This document shows, in pieces, positions 27,785 through 37,063 of a stretch of 64,000 nucleotides of DNA. The stretch comes from an uncultured Actinomycetota bacterium (lineage in GTDB: Bacteria; Actinomycetota; Actinomycetes; Streptosporangiales; Streptosporangiaceae). Location: contig CAVVLN010000002.1 in the NCBI GenBank assembly GCA_963749145.1, forward strand, positions 272,952-336,951, written 5' to 3'. The number at the start of each line of letters is the position of its first letter. The first letter of the stretch is position 1. The translations under genes and the position numbers were made by a program. The notes under the pieces were generated by a model, which saw only the letters and a program-made list of their open reading frames with translations, was not told the DNA's origin and did no database searches.

Positions 27785-28543
27785 ATGAGTACCTTGCAAA
27801 ATACCCCGATCCGATTGGCAGGTCCGCGTTCGCTACTTCTTCTCGGAGATACGCTAGTCCTAGACCGTTGGAGATGGCTTAAATCCCGTCTTCCATCTGC
27901 GCCCGCATCGCTCGTTGACGTCGGATGCGGGAACGGTTGGCTTGCTATCAATTGTGCTAGTTTGGGCCACCATGCCCTTGGACTCGGATGGGATGGGCCT
28001 GATATCAAAAAGGCAAAGAAGCGAGCCGCAGCATTTGGTTACGATATACGTTTCGAAGTGCAGGATATTCGTATGCTGTCAACCAGGTATGACTTGAAGG
28101 AGCGTTTTGACGTCGCGACGTGCTTCGAGGCCATCGAACACGTTATAGATGATGCGGCGGTCATGCGATCCTTGGCAAGCATGCTTCGACCTGGCGGTCG
28201 GCTTGTTCTCACTACACCGAACCAAGAATACATTCCAATGGATTCTGGTGACGCTGGACCATTTAGTGTGGTCGAAGACGGACAACATGTACGCAAAGGC
28301 TATACACCTGAGAGACTCAGCTATCTTACTGAACAGGCGGACCTCGAGGTGACAGAAATTGGATTCTGTTCTGGCTGGTCAAGCCAAAAAGTAACCACTC
28401 TCTTGCGTGGTCTGACTCGTCGAATTGGTTATGGGCCAGCTTGGGCTCTTACGCTTCCCCTTCGCGTAGTTCCTCCACTATTGGATAATCAGGATCAGGC
28501 ATATCCGCCGTACTCGATCTGTATGGTGGCGACAAAGGTTTAG
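27785..28543 (+). CDS. Class I SAM-dependent methyltransferase
   Basis: ATG at 27785 (MSTLQNT). Motifs LVDVGCGNGWLA, CFEAIEHV and LRPGGRLVLTTPN. Codons are AT-rich. Confidence 0.8.
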   Translation: MSTLQNTPIRLAGPRSLLLLGDTLVLDRWRWLKSRLPSAPASLVDVGCGNGWLAINCASLGHHALGLGWDGPDIKKAKKRAAAFGYDIRFEVQDIRMLSTRYDLKERFDVATCFEAIEHVIDDAAVMRSLASMLRPGGRLVLTTPNQEYIPMDSGDAGPFSVVEDGQHVRKGYTPERLSYLTEQADLEVTEIGFCSGWSSQKVTTLLRGLTRRIGYGPAWALTLPLRVVPPLLDNQDQAYPPYSICMVATKV

Positions 28544-29716
28544 TTTCGATCCAGTTGCGCTGTTATGTGCTGACCCCTGTAGTGACAGGTGGCGAAACTG
28601 GGGCAAGCTGACCCTGGGAGGCGCCCGGGAAGGGGGAGTGGCATCAAGATGGACTTGGTGGCGTCGTCCATCGCAACCAAGTCCGTCCGGGCAATAATCG
28701 AGGCACTGATCTACGGGCCGCCGCCCGAAGGTGCTGGTCGGCTCTGACCAAGCCATAATGCAGTGGAAGATCCCGGACCTGACCTGGCTCCGGAAGGCGA
28801 TTCGGCGACCAGATCCGCCACCGTTTGTCTCGGCCATCGGAACCCTCGAGCAGGCTCGGCGTCTTGCCTGGCGACTAGGGCCAGCAGCGCCAGCGCGGAG
28901 GCGGCCCGCTTGTCAAGGTTACGCTTTTCCCAGTGCGGCCACCATCGCGCTCGCGGGGCTGACCGGCGCCTCCTCAGCGCCGGATCGTCCTAGACGATTC
29001 TCGACTTGCCAGGCGGGCGTAGTCATGCCCGGTACACACCATGGCGGCCTGCTCAACCGCGCCGACACCACCAGCGTCACCTTGCAGATCACCGACACCA
29101 GCTGAATGACGGTGTCAGGCTAGCCACCCATCAGCCACGACCGTGGAGGCCACCGCCCGCCGGCCAGCACACCGGTCTGCCGACCAAGTGGTCAAACCTG
29201 ACTGGAAGAACGCCAGCCTTCTCGGCCGTCAATCTCTGCATGTCGAGAAAGATGCCGTATAGAAGGCGCTGACGGGGAAGATCGTTACAGCCAGGGCGCC
29301 ATCGAGCTAGATGTCGAGACATTGTTGTCAAAGGTCCGAGTCGTTTCGCCAGTGCCGACAAAGGGACAGAATCCCGACCGTGGGGAAGAGTCTGGCCGCG
29401 CCGCTGGTTGCGAGCGGGGCTATGTTGTCGAAACTTATCAGTAACTGAGCGCAGTCACATATGCTCTCTGTGTGATGGTGCATCTACGACTTGCGGCGCC
29501 AGGGGCCGGCCACCTTGGCGTGTCGCACGTCGCTTGCACGGCCGAGTTCGGCTTTGACGTCTCGCTTGTTAGCACCGATGCTGCCGGAACGGCATCCTAT
29601 ATGCAAGCGACCTCCGTTCCATGAGCCACGCTCGTTCAATCGAGTCGGTCGTCGGCTTGAAATACGGGGATTGATGTGTGTTGCACAGACGGGCGCGTCA
29701 CATGACGAGGAGATGA

Positions 29717-31147
29717 ATGAGCGCAACGCGGGTGAGCGGGGCAGTTCGTCCGGTGACGCAACCGCGAAGGACACCAGATCGGGCACTCAGGAGTACGTTT
29801 ACCGCGAACATAGCCCTGGCAGTCTTGGCGGCCGCAACGGGAGTTATTTCCGCTCGGCTCCTGCACCCTGCGGGCGAAGGCGAGTTGGCGGCGATCCAGA
29901 CCTGGCCGCTTCTCCTGGGAGCGCTGACCATGCTTGGTCTCGACACGGCGCTCGTCTACTTCATCGCGCGCCAGCCTGAGAGAGGCAGACAGCTTACGTC
30001 AACAGCCGTCCTCATCGGTCTCCTGTCTTCTTTGCTCGTGGGTGCCGTGGCATGGTTCGCATTGCCACTTGCTCTCCGTGCGCAACCGCCGCAAGTAGTA
30101 TCGGCAGCGCGTGTGTTCCTTTTGATCGGAGGGATTTACGCGGTGGTTGGCATTCCCCACGGATCATTGCGAGGTGCCCAGTCGTTCACCGCGTGGAACC
30201 TCTTTCGTATTGCTCCCGGCCTTGCATGGCTGTGCATGCTTCTTACTTCCGGGCTCCTAGGACACCCCAACGCTATCCCACTTTCCCGATGGTTCCTAAT
30301 GGGGAATCTCGTCTGTGGTCTTCCCTTCCTCGTTGTCGTCAATCGGAAACTACAGGGGCCGTTGAAGCCTGACGCTAGGTTCGCGCCTGAAATGCTGCGA
30401 TACGGTCTTCCCTCAGCGATAACGTCGATTCCGCTGACAATAAACCTTCGATTGGATCAGCTGCTAATCATTGCATTTCTTCCATCTCGGTTACTGGGTC
30501 TTTACGTTGTGGCGGTATCTTGGAGTGCTGGGGTCGCGCCGTTGCTGCAAGCCCTGGGGGTTGTCTTGTTCCCCCACGTGTCGGCTGAACGGGATACGGG
30601 CCGTCAGGGGCACTTGCTAGCCATGGCGTTGCAGAGCGGGGCGCTCCTCGCAGCGGCGACGTCGGTGCCGTTCATGCTGCTCGCGCCATTCGCCCTGCCG
30701 TTGGTCTTCGGCTCAAGCTTCGCTCCGTCTATCCCTTGCGCACTCGTGCTGGTCCCGGCTGGTGCCATCCTTGCATGGGCAAGAATCGCTGAGGCGGGAT
30801 TGCAAGGCCTCGGACGTCCGACCATCGTCCTGATCGCCGAAGCGGTGGCAGCCGGGGTCACTCTCGCAGCATTGCCGGTACTTCTCCACGCTTATGGCAT
30901 CTTTGGTGCCGCTGTAGCCTCCCTGCTCGGCTATTCAACGATTGCGGTATTTACTCTCGTCACCATTAGACGCTCGACCCACCAGCGAGTCCGCTCGCTA
31001 GTGATACCAACCTGGCCGGTCACGAAATCGCTATTTGCCCGGAGCGTCTCCCTTCTTCCGGGACGCCACCGTTCTCCGGGTCGCCATCGCTGTCCGAGAG
31101 GTCCGCATCATTTTTCAGGTCGGCACAGTCTGCGAGGTTTGGGTTGA
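29717..31147 (+). CDS. Wzx-type oligosaccharide flippase (MOP/polysaccharide biosynthesis protein family)
   Basis: 476 aa with about 12-14 TM segments. The layout is typical of the family, including the block LRYGLPSAITSIPLTINLRLDQLLI. Confidence 0.8.
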   Translation: MSATRVSGAVRPVTQPRRTPDRALRSTFTANIALAVLAAATGVISARLLHPAGEGELAAIQTWPLLLGALTMLGLDTALVYFIARQPERGRQLTSTAVLIGLLSSLLVGAVAWFALPLALRAQPPQVVSAARVFLLIGGIYAVVGIPHGSLRGAQSFTAWNLFRIAPGLAWLCMLLTSGLLGHPNAIPLSRWFLMGNLVCGLPFLVVVNRKLQGPLKPDARFAPEMLRYGLPSAITSIPLTINLRLDQLLIIAFLPSRLLGLYVVAVSWSAGVAPLLQALGVVLFPHVSAERDTGRQGHLLAMALQSGALLAAATSVPFMLLAPFALPLVFGSSFAPSIPCALVLVPAGAILAWARIAEAGLQGLGRPTIVLIAEAVAAGVTLAALPVLLHAYGIFGAAVASLLGYSTIAVFTLVTIRRSTHQRVRSLVIPTWPVTKSLFARSVSLLPGRHRSPGRHRCPRGPHHFSGRHSLRGLG

Positions 31148-32295
31148 GTGAAGATCTGAGGGTCACAGTCCTCAGCCCGTACCCGTTCCATATGGTGGAT
31201 CAGGCTCGTCAGCTGCACCAGGCAAGGGTTCTCGAGCGCATGGTCACGGCCGTTCCGCGCAGTCGCGTCGGCCTGCCCAGAGAACTGGTAAGAACCCGGC
31301 TCCGCTGGAGTGGCTTCCGGCGGATGCTCCGTCATGCAGTGCCGTGTGCCGACCCGATGCTCAGCCGAGAGGTAATCCGCGATTTCGATCAGTGGGCCGC
31401 TTCCCACCTCGGTGAGCCCTCGGTGGTTAATGGTCTATCGGGGTTCGCTACGGGGACTCTCTCTCGAGCAGCAGCTCGCGGTGTTACCGTCTTCTGCGAT
31501 CGTGGCTCGTGGCACATACTTGAACAGCAGCGTGTCTTGGACGAGGAAGCGGACCGGATAGGTGCTCCTCGAGCGCATTTCGATTCGTTTATCGTCGAAA
31601 GAGAGCTGCGCGAGTATCAGCTGGCTAACCGAATTCTGGTTCCGTCTGAGCAAGCTAGACAGTCGTTCATCCGCCGGGGCGTCGACGCGGGACATCTGAT
31701 GAAGGTCCCCTACGGTGTCGATATCTCAGCGTTCTCGCTGCCTAACGAAGGGCGATGCCGCGGTGCTGTTGTTTCGGTCGCTTCGATTGGTCTTCGGAAG
31801 GGCCATCACCATCTGATCCAGGCGTTCCGCATGTTGAACACGCGGAATGCCAGCCTTACGCTGGTCGGGCCCGTCACCCCGGGGTGGGACAAGCGCCTTC
31901 ACTTGGATCAGGCCGGGGTGCGAACGACGGGCCCGGTCGGCCGCGGTCGCGTAATCGAAGAACTCCAACGGGCGTCAGTCTTCGTACTTGCATCAATTGA
32001 AGAAGGCCTAGCGCTGGTCATCGCTCAAGCGATGGCGTGTGGCCTGCCGATCATTGCGACGGAGGCCACTGGGATCCGAGAGCTCATTACTGACGGGGTG
32101 GAAGGAATCGCGGTGCCGACCCCCCCGGATGCTCAGGCTCTAGCCGAAGCGATGGACTGCTTGTTGTCGGATACCGATAGAGCCGAAGCGATGGGCATGG
32201 CCGCCCGGCGCAAAGTCGAGTCGTTCGGAGGATGGGACCGTTATGGTCGCCAACTGGTGGCAGCTCTCCGCGAAGGGCGGTCTGGACCGTCATGA
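31144..32295 (+). CDS. Glycosyltransferase family 4
   Basis: The C-terminal E-x7-E region is EEGLALVIAQAMACGLPIIATEATGIRELI. 383 aa. TTG start overlapping the wzx stop. Confidence 0.85.
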   Translation: MSEDLRVTVLSPYPFHMVDQARQLHQARVLERMVTAVPRSRVGLPRELVRTRLRWSGFRRMLRHAVPCADPMLSREVIRDFDQWAASHLGEPSVVNGLSGFATGTLSRAAARGVTVFCDRGSWHILEQQRVLDEEADRIGAPRAHFDSFIVERELREYQLANRILVPSEQARQSFIRRGVDAGHLMKVPYGVDISAFSLPNEGRCRGAVVSVASIGLRKGHHHLIQAFRMLNTRNASLTLVGPVTPGWDKRLHLDQAGVRTTGPVGRGRVIEELQRASVFVLASIEEGLALVIAQAMACGLPIIATEATGIRELITDGVEGIAVPTPPDAQALAEAMDCLLSDTDRAEAMGMAARRKVESFGGWDRYGRQLVAALREGRSGPS

Positions 32296-32677
32296 GTCGC
32301 GCACAGTCGAGGATCGTGATAGTCTACGTCTATTTAGTAGCAAGTTCAGTTTTTGCCAACTGGCCGGCCGGTCATCAGTCGAAGCGCCCAAATTCTTCCT
32401 ATACGAGTACTGCCTCGCCAAAGCGTTCGATCAGAGGTTCGGGGCCATCGGCATGTCCCAGTAGCTGCTATATTTGTTATTTCCGAGGCTCATCCGACGA
32501 GACGCAAGTTAGATGCTACGCAAAAGGTGAAATCGGTGTGTTTGCCGATGCTACTGCAGAATGTCCACTGAGTGCCGTAGCCGACTGCCGAGATGCAGCG
32601 CGGCAACTCTTGGTAGAGAACGAAATCGCTGTAACGGCCTACATTATCGGAACGGCGGTCGTCGCCGTGAGTTATCA

Positions 32678-33652
32678 ATGAAGCGCATGGCTCGAATAGT
32701 TGTCGTCGGGAGATGGGAGAAAGCCGGGTTACGCGATTCCCTAGTCAACGCCTTTAGGCATTCTGGATGCGCCATAGATGTACTCGATTTGGGCCCGTGG
32801 AGTCCAGCCTGGCTTGCATCAGCCGCGATTAGACAACCGATACTCGCTGTCGGATTCCGCCGCGAGTTCCGCCGACGAGCCGACGTCTTGGCAGAGAATG
32901 GACCCACTGACTTCGTCTTGGTCTTCAAGGGTACACTGCTCAACGCGCGTTCGATAGACTACCTCCGTTCTCGATTCGACAGTCCGGTCGTGTGCTGGAA
33001 TCCCGATAGCCCGTTCGATTTTGCAATCTCGAATTGCGGAGCAGGGATTCCTCAAACGATCGGAGCCTACGACGCGTATATCACATGGGCCGATGATGTG
33101 GCGGAGCGTCTGAGCGCATTTGCCTCCCGAGTGTTTGTGATTCCTTTCGCTTGGGACCCCGAGATCATGCGACCAACACCAGGCCATGGAGTGGCTGCGG
33201 GCCGTATTGTTTTCATCGGCACTGGAACTAGGGAGCGGAGCGCTTTGCTGCAAAGGCTGACGCACCTGCGCCCTATGGCCTTTGGCGCTTGTTGGCCAAA
33301 GATTGAGGGAGTTGACATTCGGCCCCCTGTCCGTGGATTGGAATTCTGTAAAATCGTGGGTGAAGCCAAATGGAATCTTAATCTGCTGCGTCCTCAGAAT
33401 GCACTGTCACACAATATGCGGACCTTCGAATTGGTCGGCGCCGGAGGAACCCAGGTGGCTCCGCAGACGGACGACTACCGAAAATTTCTTGGCGATGACA
33501 GCCGAACGGTCCTCTTCCACGGCATGGAGGAACTCGATTCCATCCTCCGGTCGGATCCAGATGAACGAGCTCCTCGGCTGCCAGCCTTGCTTGATGGTCA
33601 CACCTATACCGATCGGGCGCGCCAATTCTTGGCCGACCTCACGGGTTTGTAA
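32678..33652 (+). CDS. CgeB-family / DUF3880-type glycosyltransferase-like protein
   Basis: The inner ATG at 32678 begins MKRMARIVVVG. The C-terminal region HNMRTFELVGAGGTQV...LLDGHTYTDRARQFL matches the CgeB/Glyco_trans_1_2 pattern. Confidence 0.7.
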   Translation: MKRMARIVVVGRWEKAGLRDSLVNAFRHSGCAIDVLDLGPWSPAWLASAAIRQPILAVGFRREFRRRADVLAENGPTDFVLVFKGTLLNARSIDYLRSRFDSPVVCWNPDSPFDFAISNCGAGIPQTIGAYDAYITWADDVAERLSAFASRVFVIPFAWDPEIMRPTPGHGVAAGRIVFIGTGTRERSALLQRLTHLRPMAFGACWPKIEGVDIRPPVRGLEFCKIVGEAKWNLNLLRPQNALSHNMRTFELVGAGGTQVAPQTDDYRKFLGDDSRTVLFHGMEELDSILRSDPDERAPRLPALLDGHTYTDRARQFLADLTGL

Positions 33653-33736
33653 TGTGCTCCCAAATCTGATCACCCACTAAGCGCTGTCTGCCAAAGGTCA
33701 CGATAAGGGCAACATCGGCGATAGAGCGGTATTTAC

Positions 33737-34564
33737 GTGATCTGTCTGACTCGGACAGTGCAGCCGATCAAGGTGTTTGCAGAATGCGCAAGCACTGGTA
33801 TCTTACGCAAACGGCCAGGCGCGGATGAGCTCGGCCCACGGCGGGTCGGTCTGATAACATGGGGCCTCATGGAAACCGCGCGCTGGGAGGAAGCCCAGAA
33901 GAACGAATTGACCATTTGGCAACATACCGTGAATGATGTTGCTGACGTTTTTGCCGAGATTGCGGAGGCTGCCACCCTGGTCCGCTTTGGCAAGAAACAC
34001 GGCCTAGCGGCCGACGCAGCTGTCGTGGAGCTGGGTATCGGACCTATGGGGGTTGGATGGGCGGCGTTTGCCTCAGCTACGAGGGCCATAGGCGTTGACC
34101 CTTTGCCACGGCTCACGATTGCTACGGGTGATGACAGTGTTGACCGATTCGTCGTCGATATCCAGCGGCGGACCGAGTTCCTTCAGGCTGATGCGACCCA
34201 GCGGCTCCCGCTCGATGACGGTAGTTTCGATTTGATCGTTTGCGACAATGTCGTTGATCATACCCAGGATCCTAAGGCGATCTTGGCCGAAGGCCGACGC
34301 ATTATTCGATCCGATGGCCGTTTGCTCTTCGGTGTGAACGTGTTCTCAACCGTTGGACGTCTGAAGTGGCGCCAAGTGACCTGCCGCCTGCATCCTCGGA
34401 GCGCCAATGTCCTGTGCCACCCGCACTCGTTCGTTGAGAGCGACCTTGGCGGGCTCCTATCGAGTGCCGGCTGGGAGATACTCGTGAGGGATGATCACCC
34501 AGGTGCCCGGCAGCGTCTCACGGGGCGTGCCTACCGTGTCCGGGTGGTTGCACGACCCATCTGA
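33737..34564 (+). CDS. Class I SAM-dependent methyltransferase
   Basis: Motifs VVELGIGPMGVG, LPLDDGSFDLIVCDNVVDH and IRSDGRLLF. An alternative ATG start is at 33869 (METARWEE). Confidence 0.75.
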   Translation: MICLTRTVQPIKVFAECASTGILRKRPGADELGPRRVGLITWGLMETARWEEAQKNELTIWQHTVNDVADVFAEIAEAATLVRFGKKHGLAADAAVVELGIGPMGVGWAAFASATRAIGVDPLPRLTIATGDDSVDRFVVDIQRRTEFLQADATQRLPLDDGSFDLIVCDNVVDHTQDPKAILAEGRRIIRSDGRLLFGVNVFSTVGRLKWRQVTCRLHPRSANVLCHPHSFVESDLGGLLSSAGWEILVRDDHPGARQRLTGRAYRVRVVARPI

Positions 34565-35018
34565 CTGTAATTCTTAACTTAACGGTCGATGCGGAGTACT
34601 GATCATGGGCGTAGGCCGTGTCGGCTACGCATCGTCTAATGTCACCTGCCTGCAGGTAGCTAAAGGCGGTTGCACCTGATCAGCGAGCTGCATGTTGGCA
34701 TGTCGGTGATGGCCATGCTCATCACCGCGAGCTGGAAGCTAGGGGTGTGTTGACTGTGAAGCACGTGGAGACCATCGCCGTGGCGGACCGGAACACGCAG
34801 CTCAAGCGCGGACTGTGACACCACTCCTCCAGGTCGCTGGAGCCGCCGTTGGACTGCCTGTTCGCCAGGAGCAGAAGGCGGTCGTGAAGAGTGAAGGCGG
34901 TCGGCGTCAAGGAACCAACTCAGCGTGTCGGAGAGGACGTTAGGGCTATCCGACGGCCCAAACGAGACCGTCGAGCGCACGCACGCGGAGTGCAGCAGGT
35001 GCAGGCGGGGCCTGGCCA

Positions 35019-35864
35019 GTACTACAGTCCCGTTTCGTGACCTGATCATGGCTCACGCTGGGGAGGCCCGGAGCCGGGTCTGGTAGTGGTGGTAGCGGGC
35101 GCGGGCCTGGTGCCGGCGCCGCCATCTGGGCCAGGCGTAGCCGAGTTGGCGGGCGGCATGGCTGATGGGCGCGGTGGCCCAGGTGCAGCAGGCGGCGGGC
35201 CTCGGGCACGCTGACCTTGACCATGCCGGGGTCTTCGGGTGGGGGCTCGTCCGCGCTGGCGGGAAGGATCCCGGTGTTGGCCCAGCCGGCGGGCTGGGTG
35301 GCCGTGCCGGGCATGGCAGGGTCTGCGGCCTGTGCTAACGGGGCGGGCGGCGGCGGCGGCGAGCAGGGCGAGCGCGCACATGGACAGCACGGTGTGCCGG
35401 TGTAAGGACGGCCAGAGCCGGACCTGGTGGCCGTCGAAGCCTGCCCGCCCTTTTGCCTGCTGGTGACACTCTTCCATTGGCCATCTGCGCCCGGACGGGG
35501 GACCTGCGCCCGCTCCCGGCGCCTGCCGTCCTGGCACCAGGCTTTCGGCAGGTAAAGCCGGAAGTCATACAGCGAGCTGCCAGCACGACCGGCGATCCCC
35601 GCGCTCAGCGAGCAGCGCGCCGAGGTAAGCGAACGCGGTGAAACGTGACCTGGCCTGCGCGAATACCGGCGCGAGCAGGGTGCGCAACTCGTCTTGGAGC
35701 ACTCCCAGCCGACGGCCATCCTCTACGATGACCGCAGCGGCCACCTGCTGATCTTGTCTTCTCACAGAGCACGATCATCCAGGTGGCCGTCCCGCGCTCA
35801 CGCCCAACCCGCCGCTCAGATCATGATCACCCAGACGCCGGCTCACAAACTGGGACTGTAGTAC
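35019..35864 (-). mobile_element. IS701-family insertion sequence, internally deleted, with imperfect terminal inverted repeats
   Basis: Transposase pieces lie in several frames: an N-terminal piece RSRFTAFAYLGALLAERGDRRSCWQLA, then LYDFRLYLPKAWCQDGRRRERAQVP, then MEECHQQAKGRAGFDGHQVRLWPSLHRHTVLSMCALALL, and the C-terminal signature WRRRHQARA. The ends are GTACTACAGTCCCGTTT (35019...) and its inverted copy AAACTGGGACTGTAGTAC (...35864). Confidence 0.7.
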
Positions 35865-35960
35865 CGGGGGGGTCGGCAGTGCGCACGGAGCGTCTTCAGC
35901 GATGGGATGTTACCCGGTCCTAGCAGTACTCGCCTAAATTAGCTACAGGGCACACCAGAA

Positions 35961-36926
35961 TCAGTGCGGTCTCCCCAGCAGCCAGTTGAAATAGTCATCG
36001 GGGTCGAATGGCGCGGGATCGGGTGCGAGGTTCACAGTCAGGGCTCGTTCGGTAGCATCTCGGAGTGAGTCAGCGTCGCCGACGGTGAATCCGCATAGCG
36101 CCGGACCGGCGATCTCCTGGTTCTGGGCGGTGTTGCGGGCGATGACTGGCTGGCCGTTTACTCGTGCCTCGGCGAGCGGAAAGCCGAACGACTCGAGACC
36201 AGGGGGAAAGTAGATTGCTCGGCTTCGGCCCCACAATAGGCGCAGGTCCGCTTGGGACAGCTTTCCTACAAGTTCGATCCGTGGATGATTCGCGAGATCA
36301 TCTGGTAGCTCCCCCTTGTCGGCTGTCACGAGCATACGCACCGACGGATCGATGTGCTCGTCGACGGCCGTAATCCAGTCCGCAGTGCGTTCGATCATAT
36401 GCTTATAAGGAGAGAATATTACAGGACACAGGATCAAGGGCTCGCGAGGCATCTTAGGGATTGAGTCAGGCGAGACAGGGTTTAGGCGTGGAATGATGCG
36501 GCGCCGCAAGCTCGGCAGGATGTGGCCGACGCGTTCGGCCATGGCCGTAGAGGGCGTGACGATCACGTCTGATCGGCGAGCCGCCATACGTACTATCGGT
36601 GCCCTATACCTGGTCTCGGGTCGAAGCGAGGGGTGGAGATTGGCCCACTCCTTGTCTGTCAGGAAGTCCAGGGGGTTACCCAGTCGGGTCCATCGCTCTC
36701 CACCAGGCATGAGGAAGCTGAGATTGTTGAGGGCGACCCGTCTGCCTCTCGTGGGAATGTTCATCTCTCGACGGAGGAGCCATGCAGGCTCAATCCGCCG
36801 GAACGCACCTATGAGACGGACGTCCTCACGCCCGCTGCGTGCCAGGTACCGATAAAGCTCCTCCCTAAAGCGCCCGGCGCCTCCAGTGGTGCCACCTGCC
36901 GCGTCGACGAATACGGTCGCTGTCAC
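35961..36926 (-). CDS. Glycosyltransferase (GT-B, group 1-like)
   Basis: 321 aa. The C-terminal donor-binding region is PPGLESFGFPLAEARVNGQPVIARNTAQNQEI. Confidence 0.75.
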   Translation of the reverse strand: MTATVFVDAAGGTTGGAGRFREELYRYLARSGREDVRLIGAFRRIEPAWLLRREMNIPTRGRRVALNNLSFLMPGGERWTRLGNPLDFLTDKEWANLHPSLRPETRYRAPIVRMAARRSDVIVTPSTAMAERVGHILPSLRRRIIPRLNPVSPDSIPKMPREPLILCPVIFSPYKHMIERTADWITAVDEHIDPSVRMLVTADKGELPDDLANHPRIELVGKLSQADLRLLWGRSRAIYFPPGLESFGFPLAEARVNGQPVIARNTAQNQEIAGPALCGFTVGDADSLRDATERALTVNLAPDPAPFDPDDYFNWLLGRPH

Positions 36927-37063
36927 GTGCCATCCCTCATCTCATTGATACGCTGGAACTGAACAGACATGGCGGCGAAGGACTCTCCAGGTCCGCTGAC
37001 AGAAATTCATTAGTAGGTGCAAACTGGACACGCAACCACTCAGGCGTGGCAGCCATCTGCATC

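Noticed and set aside
28560-29480. About 0.9 kb with several 70-125-aa ORFs on both strands between a methyltransferase gene and wzx
   Set aside because: No frame shows consistent codon bias or a motif I recognise. The stretch is probably degraded remnant or non-coding DNA. No feature is called.
34565-35018. ORFs 34660-35049(-) and 34722-34910(-) next to the IS701 relic
   Set aside because: The translations have no recognisable family features and sit just outside the IS inverted repeat. They are treated as non-coding or degraded.
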